Numbered from the stretch's first letter, positions 10,454 through 22,555 are shown. The stretch is DNA of 64,000 nucleotides from Gammaproteobacteria bacterium UBA5078 (GCA_002416505.1 DIAM01000004.1:253649-317648), one strand, 5' to 3'. The notes: a model not told the origin generated them from the sequence alone. Made by a program: numbers and translations.

Positions 10454-12928
10454 TTGGCTGTACTAACATCTTCATCTGCGAATTCATTGCCCATAGACAA
10501 GCTTCTATCCGAACTTATCGATGCGGTCGAATCACAGAATCGCGTATTGCTTATAGCCCAACCCGGTGCCGGCAAGACCACACGAGCTCCGCTTGCGCTA
10601 CTTGAGCATTTCCCTATTCGGGCGGGCCGCTGGTTGCTATTAGAACCGCGGCGAGTCGCCGCGCGCTTAGCCTCCGCCTATATGGCGCAATCACTTGGGG
10701 AAGCCTTAGGCCACACCGTCGGCTATCGAGTGCGCGGAGAATCCAAAATAGGCCCAAACACGCGTCTCGAAGTAGTAACCCAAGGTATATTGACAAGGAT
10801 GTTGCAGGACGATCCTGCCTTGGAAGGCGTCGCAGGCATCATATTCGACGAATTTCACGAGCGTAGCCTCGATGCCGATCTCGGCCTCGCGTTCGCCCTC
10901 GATGCGCAGAAGGGGCTGCGCGAGGACTTGCGCATCCTAGTGATGTCCGCGACCCTCGACGTCGAGGCACTGCTCGGAGTATTGGGGTCAGACACTCCGG
11001 TGATCGACTGCCTAGGCCGGGCATGGCCGGTGCAAACTTATTATCGCAGCGCGCCACTGCGCGAGCGAGTGGAACGCCATCAAGCCAGCGTTATCCGTGA
11101 GGCGCTCTTGGCCCACGAAGGCAATCTACTAGCCTTCCTACCCGGCCAAGGCGAGATCCGTCGCCTGCATGGGATTTTGCAGGATGTGCTGCCCAGCGAC
11201 ATCGAGATTTGCGATCTACATGGACAGCTACCCCTAGCGCAGCAACAGGCAGTGCTGAGGATGCCCGAACATCGACAGCGTCGAGTGATACTCGCGACCT
11301 CTATCGCCGAGTCCAGCATCACCGTACCGGGGGTGCGTATCGTCGTGGATGCGGGGCTCGAGCGCACGCCGATATTCCAGGCGCGTACCGGCATGAGCAG
11401 CCTCGAAACGCGACGCCTCAATCGCGCCAGCGCCGACCAGCGCCGCGGGCGCGCGGGGCGTGAGGCGGCAGGGTTTTGCTATCGACTATGGCCCCAGGAG
11501 CAGATGCTGGCTGCCCACCGCGAGCCGGAGATCCTGCAATCGGACTTAGCGGCACTCGCCTTCGAACTACTGCGCTGGGGTGTTAAGGATCCGGGCCAAC
11601 TTAGCTGGGTGACACCCCCACCCGCCCCGGCTTTCGCGGCGGGTGTAGCGCTACTGCAGCGCCTAGGCATCGTAGAAGAAACGGGCGCGCTAACCGACTT
11701 AGGACGGCGCTGTGTGCGCTGGCCCACCCACCCTCGCTTTGCCGCTCTTTTGGCCCGAGCAGTGCAAGATGGATCGCAGTCACTAGCCTGCTGGTGCTTA
11801 GCATGGCTAGAGGAGGCGACTCAAGATGCCGAGGTCGATATCGCCAGAGTTTTCAGCAAGCGCCCCCACCGCGCCGATAAGACTCAGGGCCGATGGTGGC
11901 AAGGCGCGCAGCAATGGGCGAAACGGCTAGGGGTGGACCTCGAGCCCGTGGATCTAGAGCAGCTCCCAACGCTTATCGTGACAGCCTTCCCAGACCGAAT
12001 CGCGCAGAACCTAAGACTCGCCAATGACCGCAGCCAGGCGCGCTTCAAACTACCCAGCGGCGGCCAAGCACTACTCGCGACGCAGGAGGCCCTCAGTCAA
12101 AAAGACTTCCTCGTTGCCGTCGAACTGGACGGAGCTAGCGCTGGGGCGAGAATCTACAAGGCGCTTGCGATTAGCCAGGAGCAAATAGAGAGACTTTTCA
12201 GCGAGGCAAGGCTATGGCGCCAAGAGATTCGCTGGGTCGAGGCAACGGGACGGCTCGCCGGAGAGGAGACCCGCGTCCTAGGTGCGGTAGTGTTGGAGAG
12301 GCGGCCGATGGCGAAGTTGCCAACCGAGGCGATTCGCAGCGGGATTTTAGCGGGCCTGCGTCAGCGTGGTTTCCGCTGGACCGATGAGGACCAGCAGACA
12401 CTGGGCAGATTACGCCTGCTACGGCGCTGCCTCGGCGAGCCATGGCCCCAAATAAGTGACTCTGTGCTACTGGATACGCTCGAACATTGGTTAGTCGCGA
12501 GGCTGGATGGCATCAGCAGACTCGAGCAGTTAGACCGCCTTGCCTTGGGCCAAATCTTTGTCGAATCGCTGGATTGGACGCTGCAACAATCTTTATCGAA
12601 GTTGGCGCCCACTCACTTGGATGTCCCTAGCGGCAGTAGAATTCGGCTTGACTACAGCGGAGAAGAACCGGTGCTGGCCGTGAAGCTACAAGAACTCTTC
12701 GGGCAGACCCACACCCCTACGGTGGCAGATGGCAAGATTCCAGTGCTACTCCATCTGCTCTCTCCTGCGCGGCGCCCAGTGCAGGTGACTCGCGACCTCG
12801 CCGGTTTCTGGCAAGGCTCTTATTTCGAAGTGCGCAAGGACCTTAAGGGTCGCTACCCGCGCCACCCCTGGCCCGATGATCCACTCAATGCCCCAGCCAG
12901 CGCGAAGGCGAAGAAAAAAGGCACCTAG
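10454..12928 (+). CDS. hrpB: ATP-dependent RNA helicase HrpB (DEAH-box)
   Basis: Walker A AQPGAGKTT, DEFHER box, SATL, TSIAESSITVPGV, QRRGRAGR, and the HrpB-specific C-terminal domain. The start is the TTG from the ORF track, so it is uncertain by a few codons. Confidence 0.9.
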   Translation: MAVLTSSSANSLPIDKLLSELIDAVESQNRVLLIAQPGAGKTTRAPLALLEHFPIRAGRWLLLEPRRVAARLASAYMAQSLGEALGHTVGYRVRGESKIGPNTRLEVVTQGILTRMLQDDPALEGVAGIIFDEFHERSLDADLGLAFALDAQKGLREDLRILVMSATLDVEALLGVLGSDTPVIDCLGRAWPVQTYYRSAPLRERVERHQASVIREALLAHEGNLLAFLPGQGEIRRLHGILQDVLPSDIEICDLHGQLPLAQQQAVLRMPEHRQRRVILATSIAESSITVPGVRIVVDAGLERTPIFQARTGMSSLETRRLNRASADQRRGRAGREAAGFCYRLWPQEQMLAAHREPEILQSDLAALAFELLRWGVKDPGQLSWVTPPPAPAFAAGVALLQRLGIVEETGALTDLGRRCVRWPTHPRFAALLARAVQDGSQSLACWCLAWLEEATQDAEVDIARVFSKRPHRADKTQGRWWQGAQQWAKRLGVDLEPVDLEQLPTLIVTAFPDRIAQNLRLANDRSQARFKLPSGGQALLATQEALSQKDFLVAVELDGASAGARIYKALAISQEQIERLFSEARLWRQEIRWVEATGRLAGEETRVLGAVVLERRPMAKLPTEAIRSGILAGLRQRGFRWTDEDQQTLGRLRLLRRCLGEPWPQISDSVLLDTLEHWLVARLDGISRLEQLDRLALGQIFVESLDWTLQQSLSKLAPTHLDVPSGSRIRLDYSGEEPVLAVKLQELFGQTHTPTVADGKIPVLLHLLSPARRPVQVTRDLAGFWQGSYFEVRKDLKGRYPRHPWPDDPLNAPASAKAKKKGT

Positions 12929-12999
12929 CTCATAGCCTCGGGCAGCGTAGAGGCGAGCGTTGATGATATAGTAAGTACGGTTTTCGACTAGGGATTTGA

Positions 13000-13629
<630 letters not shown>

Positions 13630-13747
13630 AAAAGACTAAAAATGCCCATAAATAAAGGCTTAGGCGAGAATAAATTAGGCATTGCGGCGCGTATTTAGTA
13701 GAATCGCCGGTCTCCTCAACAGTACAGCTTTATAAACAGGTGTTTTT

Positions 13748-14047
13748 ATGGCCCGAATTACCGTCGAAGATTGTCTAGACAAGGTAGACAATCGCTTCCA
13801 GTTGGTGATGATCTCCAGCAAGCGTGCTCGCCAAATACAAACTGGCGGCAAAGACCCATTGGTCCCTGCTGACAACGACAAACCCACTGTAATCGCCTTG
13901 CGTGAAATCGCCGCTGGCCTAGTGGATTCCAGCATTCTCACAGCCCGCAGCGCTAACCCAGTGGTGATGCTGTCCCGTGACGAACTGAAGACGCCGCCTC
14001 CCGCAAATCAAGGGGATGACGACGAATCTTTCGGCGAAGACCTCTAG
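13748..14047 (+). CDS. rpoZ: DNA-directed RNA polymerase omega subunit
   Basis: [29 protein letters not shown]. gmk-rpoZ-spoT synteny supports the call. Confidence 0.9.
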   Translation: MARITVEDCLDKVDNRFQLVMISSKRARQIQTGGKDPLVPADNDKPTVIALREIAAGLVDSSILTARSANPVVMLSRDELKTPPPANQGDDDESFGEDL

Positions 14048-14066
14048 CAGAGGGAGGAGTCGGCTT

Positions 14067-16220
14067 GTGCCTACAATCGACTCTCTAGCCACCAGCCTTT
14101 CAAGCTACTTGGAAGGCGAGCAGATCAATCTCGTTCGACGCGCCTACTACTACGCGGAACAGGCCCATGACGGCCAGTTCCGTCGCAGTGGCGACCCCTA
14201 TGTGACACACCCCCTCGCCGTTGCGGGCATACTGAGCGAAATGCATATGGACCCCCAGTCTCTGGTGGCCGCCATGTTGCATGACGTGATCGAAGACACC
14301 GGCATCAGCAAGGCCGCAGTGAAGAGCCAGTTCGGTGATGCGATCGCCGAGATGGTGGACGGGGTGAGCAAGCTCAACAAGATCACCTTCAGCAGCCACG
14401 CCGAAGCCCAGGCCGAGAATTTCCAGAAGATGGCCCTGGCCATGGCCAAAGACATCCGCGTGATCCTCGTGAAGCTCGCGGACCGGCTGCACAATATGCG
14501 CACGCTGGACGTGTTGAGCCCCGAGAAGCGCCGCCGCGTCGCCCGTGAAACCCTCGATATCTATGCCCCCATCGCCAATCGTCTGGGCATGAACGCTATC
14601 CGCATCGAATTCGAAGAGCTGGGGTTCGACGCGCTATATCCGATGCGCGCGCGCCGCATCAACGCGGCAGTAAAGAGCATCCGCGGCAATCGCAAAGAGA
14701 TCGTCAAGCAGATTCAAGGCTCCCTCGAGGCCTGCCTACAACGCGAGGGCATGCCCGGCCGCATCTTCGGCCGCGAGAAACACTTATTCAGCATCTACGA
14801 GAAGATGCGCGCCAAGCGTAGATCCTTCTCCGAGATCATGGACGTATACGCCTTCCGCATCGTAGTCGACAAGGTCGACACCTGTTACCGCGTTTTAGGC
14901 GCAGTTCACAATCTTTACAAGCCTGTTCCCGGCCGTTTCAAAGACTATATCGCCATCCCCAAGGCCAACGGCTATCAGTCGCTGCACACCACCCTATTCG
15001 GCATGCACGGCGTCCCCATCGAGATTCAGATTCGCACCGAAGAGATGGAAGCCATGGCCAACAACGGCATCGCCGCCCACTGGCTGTATAAGTCTCACGA
15101 CGATACCCCGAGCAACGCTCACATCCGCGCACGGCAGTGGGTCAACGGCCTACTGGAGATGCAGCAGCATGCCGGCAACTCTTTAGAGTTCATCGAGAAC
15201 GTGAAGATCGATCTGTTCCCGGACGAGATCTATGTATTCACGCCCAAGGGCACCATCATGGAGCTGCCGGCGGGATCGACCGCGGTGGACTTCGCCTATG
15301 CCGTGCATACAGACGTGGGCAACTCCTGCGTGGCCTGCCGAATTAGCCGCCGCCTAGCGCCATTGAGCGAGACCTTGGAGAGCGGGCAGACCGTCGAGAT
15401 CATCACCGCCCCCGGCACTCAACCCAACCCGGCCTGGCTCAGCTTCGCAGTCACCGGCAAGGCGCGCAGCAATATTCGTCACTTCCTCAAGAATCAGCGC
15501 CATTCGGAATCCGTGGCTCTCGGCCGTCGCCTGCTCAATAAGGTGCTGGGTAGCTTCGGCACACAGCTGGAAAAAATTTCACCAGAACAGATTCAACTGA
15601 CCTTGCAGCACCTGAATAGCCCGGAGCTAGACAATGTGTTGGAGGATATCGGCCTGGGCAATCGCATGTCCCACGTTGTGGCGCGCCTGATGATGCCCGG
15701 GCAGGACGATGCGGACCTATTGCCCGAAGTGGGCAAGGAGAGCAAGGGCTCGCCGCTGGCGATTCGCGGCTCCGAGGGCATGGTCATGAATTTTGCCCGT
15801 TGCTGCCACCCGATACCCGGCGATCCTATCATCGGCCATATCAGCAGTGGCCGTGGCATGGTTATCCATACTGAGAGCTGCAATAACATTGCCGAGATTC
15901 GAGACAACCCCGATAAGTGCATCTCGGTGCGTTGGGATCCTAACGTCGAGGGTGAATTCTCCGTCGAGATCCGCGTAGAGTTGGAGAACGAGCGCGGCAT
16001 TATCGCCAAGCTTGCGACCACCATTACCGGTGCGGAAGCCAATATCGAGAAGATCAGCACCGTGGAGCGCGACGCCCGTTTCAGCATCGTCAACCTCTCT
16101 CTCAACGTGCGCAATCGCATACATTTGGCTAGAGTAATGAAGCGCATTAGGCTTATAAAGCCGGTAAGCAAGGTAACCCGCGTGAAGAGCCGCAAGATCG
16201 TCAAAACGCTCAAAGTATAA
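14067..16220 (+). CDS. spoT: Bifunctional (p)ppGpp synthetase/hydrolase SpoT
   Basis: HD domain (HPLAVAGIL...HDVIEDT), RelA/SpoT synthetase (RFKDYIAIPKANGYQSLHT), TGS and ACT regions. GTG 14067 is preferred because it lies 7 nt after an AGGGAGGAG SD. The ORF-track ATG 14016 would overlap rpoZ. Confidence 0.9.
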   Translation: MPTIDSLATSLSSYLEGEQINLVRRAYYYAEQAHDGQFRRSGDPYVTHPLAVAGILSEMHMDPQSLVAAMLHDVIEDTGISKAAVKSQFGDAIAEMVDGVSKLNKITFSSHAEAQAENFQKMALAMAKDIRVILVKLADRLHNMRTLDVLSPEKRRRVARETLDIYAPIANRLGMNAIRIEFEELGFDALYPMRARRINAAVKSIRGNRKEIVKQIQGSLEACLQREGMPGRIFGREKHLFSIYEKMRAKRRSFSEIMDVYAFRIVVDKVDTCYRVLGAVHNLYKPVPGRFKDYIAIPKANGYQSLHTTLFGMHGVPIEIQIRTEEMEAMANNGIAAHWLYKSHDDTPSNAHIRARQWVNGLLEMQQHAGNSLEFIENVKIDLFPDEIYVFTPKGTIMELPAGSTAVDFAYAVHTDVGNSCVACRISRRLAPLSETLESGQTVEIITAPGTQPNPAWLSFAVTGKARSNIRHFLKNQRHSESVALGRRLLNKVLGSFGTQLEKISPEQIQLTLQHLNSPELDNVLEDIGLGNRMSHVVARLMMPGQDDADLLPEVGKESKGSPLAIRGSEGMVMNFARCCHPIPGDPIIGHISSGRGMVIHTESCNNIAEIRDNPDKCISVRWDPNVEGEFSVEIRVELENERGIIAKLATTITGAEANIEKISTVERDARFSIVNLSLNVRNRIHLARVMKRIRLIKPVSKVTRVKSRKIVKTLKV

Positions 16221-16284
16221 AATCAAATTAACGAACTGCACCGGCTAGCTCAGCGCTGGGCCAGCGCAGCATGAGGATGTCTTT

Positions 16285-16680
16285 GTGACTAATAAGAAGA
16301 TTATCAGCACCGCCAAAGCCCCAGCCGCTATCGGCCCCTACTCGCAAGCAGTTAAGACCGGCAACCTCGTGTTTTGCTCGGGCCAAATCCCTCTGGATCC
16401 CGCAAGCATGGAGATCGTGAGCGGAGGCATAGAGGCACAAGCCGTGCGGGTGTTGGAGAATATGCGCGCGGTCGCGACCGCCGCGGGTGCGCAACTCCAA
16501 GACGCCGTGAAGTTGACAATCTTCCTGACGGATCTGGCGGATTTCGGCATCGTGAACGAGACCATGAAGCGCTATTTCGACGCCCCCTATCCCGCGCGCT
16601 CCACAGTGCAGGTGTCCGCTCTACCTAAGGGTGCGAATATCGAGATTGAGGCGATACTAGCGCTTCCTCCCCAAGCCTGA
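16285..16680 (+). CDS. ridA: RidA-family reactive enamine/imine deaminase
   Basis: STAKAPAAIGPYSQAVKTGNLVFCSGQIPLDP, ARSTVQVSALPKGANIEIEAI. Confidence 0.85.
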   Translation: MTNKKIISTAKAPAAIGPYSQAVKTGNLVFCSGQIPLDPASMEIVSGGIEAQAVRVLENMRAVATAAGAQLQDAVKLTIFLTDLADFGIVNETMKRYFDAPYPARSTVQVSALPKGANIEIEAILALPPQA

Positions 16681-16688
16681 GTCAGCCA

Positions 16689-18779
16689 ATGCTGCCCGAG
16701 CAAACCCCACTGACGGTGCTCAAAGGCGTTGGCCCAAGTGTCGCTGCGCGTCTAGCTTCGATGCAGCTAAACAGCGTCCAAGACCTATTGTTTCACCTGC
16801 CACTGCGTTATCAGGACCGGACTCGCATAAGCCCCATTGCCGCATGCCGCATCGGCGCAGAGTTGCAGATCGAAGGCGAAGTGTTGGCAACCGAGGTGGC
16901 ATTCGGTCGACGCCGCAGCCTCATTTGCCGCCTCAAAGATTCAAGCGGCATCATCAGTCTGCGTTTCTTTCATTTTAGTGCTGCACAGAAGAACGCCCTA
17001 CAAGCAGGCACACTACTACGCTGCTATGGTGAGGTGCGTGGGGGCAAGACTGGCCTCGAGCTCTATCACCCCGAGTATCAGTTCCTTAATACGGCACAGC
17101 CCCAGGCGCTCGCCGCCACGCTCACGCCCATCTACCCGAGTACCGAGGGCATGCAGCAGACGCGACTTAGAGCCCTGATTGCCCAGGCCTTAGAACTACT
17201 CGACACGCAGGTGCTGCTCACCGACTGGCTACCCGAATCGATGCGCAATGCCCTCGGCTTCCGCCCCCTTTCCGAGTCGATTCGCTACCTGCACCGCCCG
17301 CCCGTCGGCGAGGCCTTGTACAGCAACCTGCAGGCCCTTGCCCTCGGTCAACACCCTAGCCAGCGCCGCCTAGCCTTCGAGGAATTGCTCAGTCACCGCC
17401 TCTGCCTGCGACGCCTGCGGGCACAAGCGGAACAAATGCAGGCTCCAGCGCTGCGCCCCACGGGCAAGCTGCGCTCGGCATTTCTCAACGAACTCCCCTT
17501 TCAGTTAACCGCAGCGCAGGCTCGTGTTAGTCAGGAGATCGCTAAGGACTTAGCACAGGCATCGCCGATGCTGCGCCTACTGCAGGGCGACGTTGGTTCT
17601 GGCAAGACCATCGTCGCGGCGCTAGCGGCGCTGCAGGCGGTGGAGAACGGATTCCAGGCAGCGGTTATGGCGCCGACCGAGATCCTTGCCGAGCAGCATT
17701 TCTTGAATTTTACTCGGTGGCTAGAGCCCCTAGGCCTGCGCGTGGGCTGGCTCAGCGGCAAGGTCAAAGGCAAGAAGCGCGAGGCCCAGTTGCAGACCAT
17801 CCTCGACGGCAGCGCGCAGATCATCGTGGGCACTCACGCGCTCTTCCAGGAGGGGGTCAACTTCTCCAGGCTCGGCCTCATCGTGATCGACGAGCAGCAC
17901 CGCTTCGGCGTCCATCAACGCCTCGCGCTGCGCGAGAAAGGCGCTACGGCCGCGCATATCCCTCATCAACTCGTTATGACAGCCACACCGATCCCACGCA
18001 CGCTCGCGATGAGCGCCTATGCCGACCTAGACTGCAGCATCATCGACGAGCTGCCCCCCGGACGCACCGCCGTCAGCACCATTATCGTCTCCAACAGTAG
18101 GCGCGCGGATGTGATCGAGCGTATTCATCTTGCCTGCAATAAGGGCAGCCAGGCCTATTGGGTATGCACGCTGATAGAAGAGTCCGAGGCCTTGCAGGCT
18201 CAGGCTGCGCAGGTAAGCGCCGAGGCCTTGCGCGCGCAGTTGCCGGATCTTGCCATAGGCCTGATTCATGGCCGTATGAAGGCCGTGGAAAAGTCACAGG
18301 TGATGGACGCGTTCAAGCGCGGCGAGCTACAGCTACTAGTGGCCACCACGGTAATCGAGGTGGGAGTCGATGTGCCCAACGCAAGTCTTATGGTCATCGA
18401 GAACCCGGAGCGCCTTGGCCTGGCCCAGCTTCACCAATTAAGGGGCCGGGTCGGCAGAGGCGCTGTTGCCAGCCATTGCGTGCTGCTCTATCAAGGACCG
18501 CTTACGAAAGTAGCGCAAGAGCGCCTCGGCATCATGCGCGATAGTAACGATGGCTTCTTCATTGCGGAGAAAGACCTCGCCATTCGCGGGCCCGGACAAG
18601 TACTGGGTACGGAGCAAACGGGGCTAATGAGTTTTCGAATCGCCGATATCAGTCGAGATGCGGGCATGCTCGATCAGGTTAAGGAGCAAGCGGAGCTGAT
18701 TCAGTTACGCTACCCGACGCACATAGACCCCCTCATTCGACGGTGGTTGGGTGAGCGCGAACTCTATGGCAATGTTTAG
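16689..18779 (+). CDS. recG: ATP-dependent DNA helicase RecG
   Basis: Wedge domain, GDVGSGKT, DEQHRFG, TATPIPRT, QLRGRVGRG. Confidence 0.95.
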   Translation: MLPEQTPLTVLKGVGPSVAARLASMQLNSVQDLLFHLPLRYQDRTRISPIAACRIGAELQIEGEVLATEVAFGRRRSLICRLKDSSGIISLRFFHFSAAQKNALQAGTLLRCYGEVRGGKTGLELYHPEYQFLNTAQPQALAATLTPIYPSTEGMQQTRLRALIAQALELLDTQVLLTDWLPESMRNALGFRPLSESIRYLHRPPVGEALYSNLQALALGQHPSQRRLAFEELLSHRLCLRRLRAQAEQMQAPALRPTGKLRSAFLNELPFQLTAAQARVSQEIAKDLAQASPMLRLLQGDVGSGKTIVAALAALQAVENGFQAAVMAPTEILAEQHFLNFTRWLEPLGLRVGWLSGKVKGKKREAQLQTILDGSAQIIVGTHALFQEGVNFSRLGLIVIDEQHRFGVHQRLALREKGATAAHIPHQLVMTATPIPRTLAMSAYADLDCSIIDELPPGRTAVSTIIVSNSRRADVIERIHLACNKGSQAYWVCTLIEESEALQAQAAQVSAEALRAQLPDLAIGLIHGRMKAVEKSQVMDAFKRGELQLLVATTVIEVGVDVPNASLMVIENPERLGLAQLHQLRGRVGRGAVASHCVLLYQGPLTKVAQERLGIMRDSNDGFFIAEKDLAIRGPGQVLGTEQTGLMSFRIADISRDAGMLDQVKEQAELIQLRYPTHIDPLIRRWLGERELYGNV

Positions 18780-18866
18780 CGGTTAGGCTGCCCATATGGG
18801 AGATAGTCCCACCGAGCAACAACCGATATACTACGACCCATCGATTCGACTTATTCAAATATAGTC

Positions 18867-20240
18867 ATGCGCACGCAAATGGTGCATAACTGCAGGGATA
18901 TTATGCAAAGTGTAGGCTCAGGACAAATAGCAGCGGGAATAGAAAATCTGGTAAGGGTGGTACTCTTGCAAGATGGCAAAGGCAAAGGGCAGATACTCCT
19001 TGCCAATGATTCCTTGTTAGATTTGAAAGCCCTCAACTCTCTTGTAGAACGCAATCTTACCGCGATCTCACAATTGGAGATCGCCGATCTCACTGCCAAA
19101 GATTCACTAGTGCAGATCGAGTCCGCGCCCGCTTTGTTCTTGCTGCCGACTATCATCGACGAGAACATCGCGTCTGCAACGTATTGCCATATCGAGATTC
19201 TCGGTGTCGATGGCATGGAGCTTGAGAAGATCGACTTGACACAAATGCGTGTGAGTTTGCGCGAGGCTAACTTCCGCGTTCGCGCTATACACTGCACAAT
19301 CCCTGCCGAAAAGCTTTATCAAGGCTCTCCGAACGATAGCGCAGACCTAGATCTAATTTTCAATTCCATTCGCAATTTCACTACACTGCGAATTAAGCAA
19401 AGACTGGAAGAGACATTAGAGATTCCACCTCTGCCGCAAACAGCTCAGAAAATTTTGGCGTTACGCTCTAACCCAAACGCCAATATCGGCGACCTTGCAG
19501 GGATTGTCGAGATGGATGCGAGTCTCGCCGCGCAGATAGTAAGCTGGGCCTCTTCACCCTATTACGCAGCGCCTGCCAAGATACGCTCCGTGAACGATGC
19601 CATTTCACGAGTGTTAGGCTTTGAGTTAGTGAGCAATTTGGCTGTGGGCATGGCGCTGGGCAATACCTTGTCCCTGCCTAAAGATTTTCCGGACGGCTTT
19701 ACACCCTATTGGCTACAGTCCGTGTACTGCTCCACTGTCATCGAGGCTATCGTTAAGTTGATTCCCGCAGAGAAGAGGCCGAGCCAAGGCTTAGCGTGTC
19801 TAGCTGGCCTGCTGCATAACTTTGGCTACTTGGTGCTTGCTCACATATTCCCGCCTCACTTCTCGGCCATCTGCCGCCACGTTGAGGCGAATCCTGCAAT
19901 CAGCCACGTGGCTATCGACCATCATCTTCTCGGCGTAACGCGCGAGCAGATCAGCGCCTGGCTCTTACAGCTGTGGAATATGCCCAAGGAAGTCTGTGTC
20001 GGCATTCGTTTTCAACACGAGTCCGATTACCAGGGTGAGCACTGCGTCTATGCGAACTTGATTCTCATAGCGATGCGTCAACTACGCCAGCACGGCATCG
20101 GCGATGCGCCGCCCGTGGAGGTGCCAATCGAGATTTACCAACGCTTCGATCTTGATCCTCTTGAAGTTTCAGAGGTGGTGCAAAATATCGTCGCCTCCGA
20201 TGAAGAGCTAAAACAGATAGCCGCTAACTTCAAAACTTGA
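18867..20240 (+). CDS. HDOD-domain signalling protein with an uncharacterised ~190-aa N-terminal domain
   Basis: HDOD core: [48 protein letters not shown]...[15 protein letters not shown]. Start ambiguous (ATG 18867, 18879 or 18903). Confidence 0.7.
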   Translation: MRTQMVHNCRDIMQSVGSGQIAAGIENLVRVVLLQDGKGKGQILLANDSLLDLKALNSLVERNLTAISQLEIADLTAKDSLVQIESAPALFLLPTIIDENIASATYCHIEILGVDGMELEKIDLTQMRVSLREANFRVRAIHCTIPAEKLYQGSPNDSADLDLIFNSIRNFTTLRIKQRLEETLEIPPLPQTAQKILALRSNPNANIGDLAGIVEMDASLAAQIVSWASSPYYAAPAKIRSVNDAISRVLGFELVSNLAVGMALGNTLSLPKDFPDGFTPYWLQSVYCSTVIEAIVKLIPAEKRPSQGLACLAGLLHNFGYLVLAHIFPPHFSAICRHVEANPAISHVAIDHHLLGVTREQISAWLLQLWNMPKEVCVGIRFQHESDYQGEHCVYANLILIAMRQLRQHGIGDAPPVEVPIEIYQRFDLDPLEVSEVVQNIVASDEELKQIAANFKT

Positions 20241-20247
20241 GGTCGCC

Positions 20248-21168
20248 TTGAAACGTCTGCACTACATCACTAACAAGTGCGAAAACTGGTTGCGTGTGTA
20301 TACACCCAGACTGCATCAACGCGCGCCCGCCTTTGTGCAACTGACAAGGCTCGACAAACCGATCGGGGTTTTCTTACTACTGTGGCCAACGCTCGGTGCT
20401 TTGTGGATCGCGGCGCAGGGCATTCCCGATCTTAAACTACTAGCGATTTTCCTATTAGGCACTTGGCTGATGCGCTCTGCGGGATGCGCAATTAACGACT
20501 ATGCCGATGCAGATTTCGATGGCGATGTGCTGCGGACGCATGCTCGGCCCATCGTCACCGGCAGAGTCTCGCGTAAGGAGGCCTTGCTCACCTTCGCATT
20601 GCTCAGTGCCCTGGGCTTCGTTTTACTCTTGTTCACGAACCTGCTTACCATACAGATGTCGTTCTTCGCTGTTTTCGTAGCGGCGCTTTATCCCTTTATG
20701 AAACGCTACACGCATCTTCCGCAACTGGTGTTGGGCATCGCGTTCTCTTGTGGGATTTTGATGGCATTCACGGCAGCGCGTGGCGAGTTACCCGCGCAGG
20801 CATGGTTGCTGTTCGTCGCCAACTGTCTGTGGACCGTTGCCTACGACACTCAGTATGCAATGGTGGATCGCGAGTATGATTTGAAAATTGGGGTCAAGTC
20901 GACCGCAATATTATTTGGCAGCGCTGACCGCGTTATTATCGCGACACTACAGGGGATGTATCTGCTCGCCATGGCGCTGGCGGCGGCGCAGTTTGAGCTA
21001 GGGTTATGGGTTTATCTGGGACTAGCGCTTGCGCTCGGTCTTTTCGTTTGGCAATGGCGACTGACCGAGACCCGCAGCCCCGAAGATTGTTTTAAAGCCT
21101 TTCTCAACAATCATCGGGTTGGTGCTGCGGTGTTTGCCGGCATCTTCATGCACTATCTAACGGCCTAA
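20248..21168 (+). CDS. ubiA: 4-hydroxybenzoate polyprenyltransferase
   Basis: [30 protein letters not shown] (NDxxDxxxD), [13 protein letters not shown]. The start is TTG 20248 from the ORF track, and GTG ~20293 is possible. Confidence 0.9.
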   Translation: MKRLHYITNKCENWLRVYTPRLHQRAPAFVQLTRLDKPIGVFLLLWPTLGALWIAAQGIPDLKLLAIFLLGTWLMRSAGCAINDYADADFDGDVLRTHARPIVTGRVSRKEALLTFALLSALGFVLLLFTNLLTIQMSFFAVFVAALYPFMKRYTHLPQLVLGIAFSCGILMAFTAARGELPAQAWLLFVANCLWTVAYDTQYAMVDREYDLKIGVKSTAILFGSADRVIIATLQGMYLLAMALAAAQFELGLWVYLGLALALGLFVWQWRLTETRSPEDCFKAFLNNHRVGAAVFAGIFMHYLTA

Positions 21169-22356
21169 TCAGCTGAACGCTTGAATGCCAGTTTGCGCGC
21201 GTCCGAGAATCAATGCGTGGATGTCCTGCGTACCCTCATAGGTGTTCACCACCTCTAGATTCTGCAAGTGTCGCATCACCGGATATTCATCGGAGATGCC
21301 ATTGCCCCCCAACATATCTCGTGCCTCGCGTGCAGTATCCAGAGCCTTGAGACAGGAGTTGCGCTTGAGCAAGGAGATCAATGGTGGCGCCAACTTGTTC
21401 TCGTCGCGTAGGCGCGAGCCTTGCAAGCAACCGAGCAGACCGATCGAAATATCCGTCTGCATGATCGCCAGTTTCTTCTGAATAATCTGATTCGCGGCTA
21501 GGGGGCGACCAAACTGCTTGCGCTCCATGGTGTAGTTCAATGCCGCCTTCCAGCAAGTTTCCGCTGCCCCAAGGGCGCCCCAGGCTATGCCTAGGCGCGC
21601 GGAGTTTAGGCAGCTGAACGGCCCCTTTAGGCCTTGCACATGCGGCAGCATGTTCTCTGCTGGTACGAATACCTCTTCCATCACTATCTCGCCCGTGATC
21701 GAGGCGCGTAGGGCTAGCTTGCCTTCTATCTTCGGAGCACTAAGGCCTTTCATGCCTTTCTCCAGAATGAAGCCGCGAATCAATCCCTCGTCGTCCTTGC
21801 CCCAAACGACGAATACGTCCGCGATTGGCGAATTACTGATCCAGTTCTTCGCGCCGCTAACGCTGAAGCCACCCTCAACGGAGCGCGCACGCGTCAACAT
21901 GCCACCTGGGTCTGAGCCATGGTCCGGCTCGGTGAGCCCGAAACACCCAATCCACTCACCAGTGGCGAGCTTGGGCAAATATTTCTGTCGCTGTTCTTCC
22001 GAACCGAATGCGTAGATGGGGTGCATCACCAGACTAGACTGCACGCTCATCATGGAGCGATAGCCTGAGTCTACGGCCTCCACCTCGCGCGCAGCCAATC
22101 CATAGCAGACATAGTTCACGCCCGCGCAACCGTAGCCGTCGATAGTGGAGCCCAGCAGGCCGAGTGCACCCATCTCCCGAAAAATTTCTGGATCGGTGTA
22201 TTCGCGGCGATAGGCATCACGCACTCGCGGCAGGAGTTTCTCTTGCGCGTACTGTCGTGCTGTGTCGCGCACGAGGCGCTCTTCTTCGCTCAACATATCA
22301 TTCATGAGGAACGGGTCCTGCCAACTGAATTTGGCAGCGTCTGAACTTGCAGACAT
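21169..22356 (-). CDS. gcdH: Glutaryl-CoA dehydrogenase-like acyl-CoA dehydrogenase
   Basis: [65 protein letters not shown]. The overall pattern is GcdH. Confidence 0.8.
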   Translation of the reverse strand: MSASSDAAKFSWQDPFLMNDMLSEEERLVRDTARQYAQEKLLPRVRDAYRREYTDPEIFREMGALGLLGSTIDGYGCAGVNYVCYGLAAREVEAVDSGYRSMMSVQSSLVMHPIYAFGSEEQRQKYLPKLATGEWIGCFGLTEPDHGSDPGGMLTRARSVEGGFSVSGAKNWISNSPIADVFVVWGKDDEGLIRGFILEKGMKGLSAPKIEGKLALRASITGEIVMEEVFVPAENMLPHVQGLKGPFSCLNSARLGIAWGALGAAETCWKAALNYTMERKQFGRPLAANQIIQKKLAIMQTDISIGLLGCLQGSRLRDENKLAPPLISLLKRNSCLKALDTAREARDMLGGNGISDEYPVMRHLQNLEVVNTYEGTQDIHALILGRAQTGIQAFS

Positions 22357-22535
22357 AGGGTACTCCTTGGGTTTTCGGCTGTGGACTCTATGTGCTCAAT
22401 TGCCATCACACGAGTTGTGGCGGGGCTGTCATAGAGCGATCGTTCAGTATGTCGCCTCATCTTATCAACATGCCGTGTTTTTAAAAAGCGACGATTATGA
22501 TTATCCGCTTTGGCATTCGCGCGGATTTAGGGGTG

Positions 22536-22555
22536 TACTGGTTATTTATTCAGGC
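22536..22555 (+). promoter_or_regulatory. Candidate LexA (SOS) box upstream of uvrD, next to a TAGAAT -10-like hexamer (22556-22561)
   Basis: TACTGgttatttattCAGgc has the CTG-N10-CAG core and an AT-rich spacer. It deviates from CTGT-N8-ACAG at the inner T/A positions. uvrD is an SOS gene in E. coli. Confidence 0.3.

Noticed and set aside
14016-14066. ATG 14016 as the spoT start, overlapping rpoZ by 32 nt.
   Set aside because: GTG 14067 sits 7 nt after a strong AGGGAGGAG SD and aligns with the canonical SpoT N-terminus. The upstream codons encode a non-conserved Ser/Arg-rich peptide.
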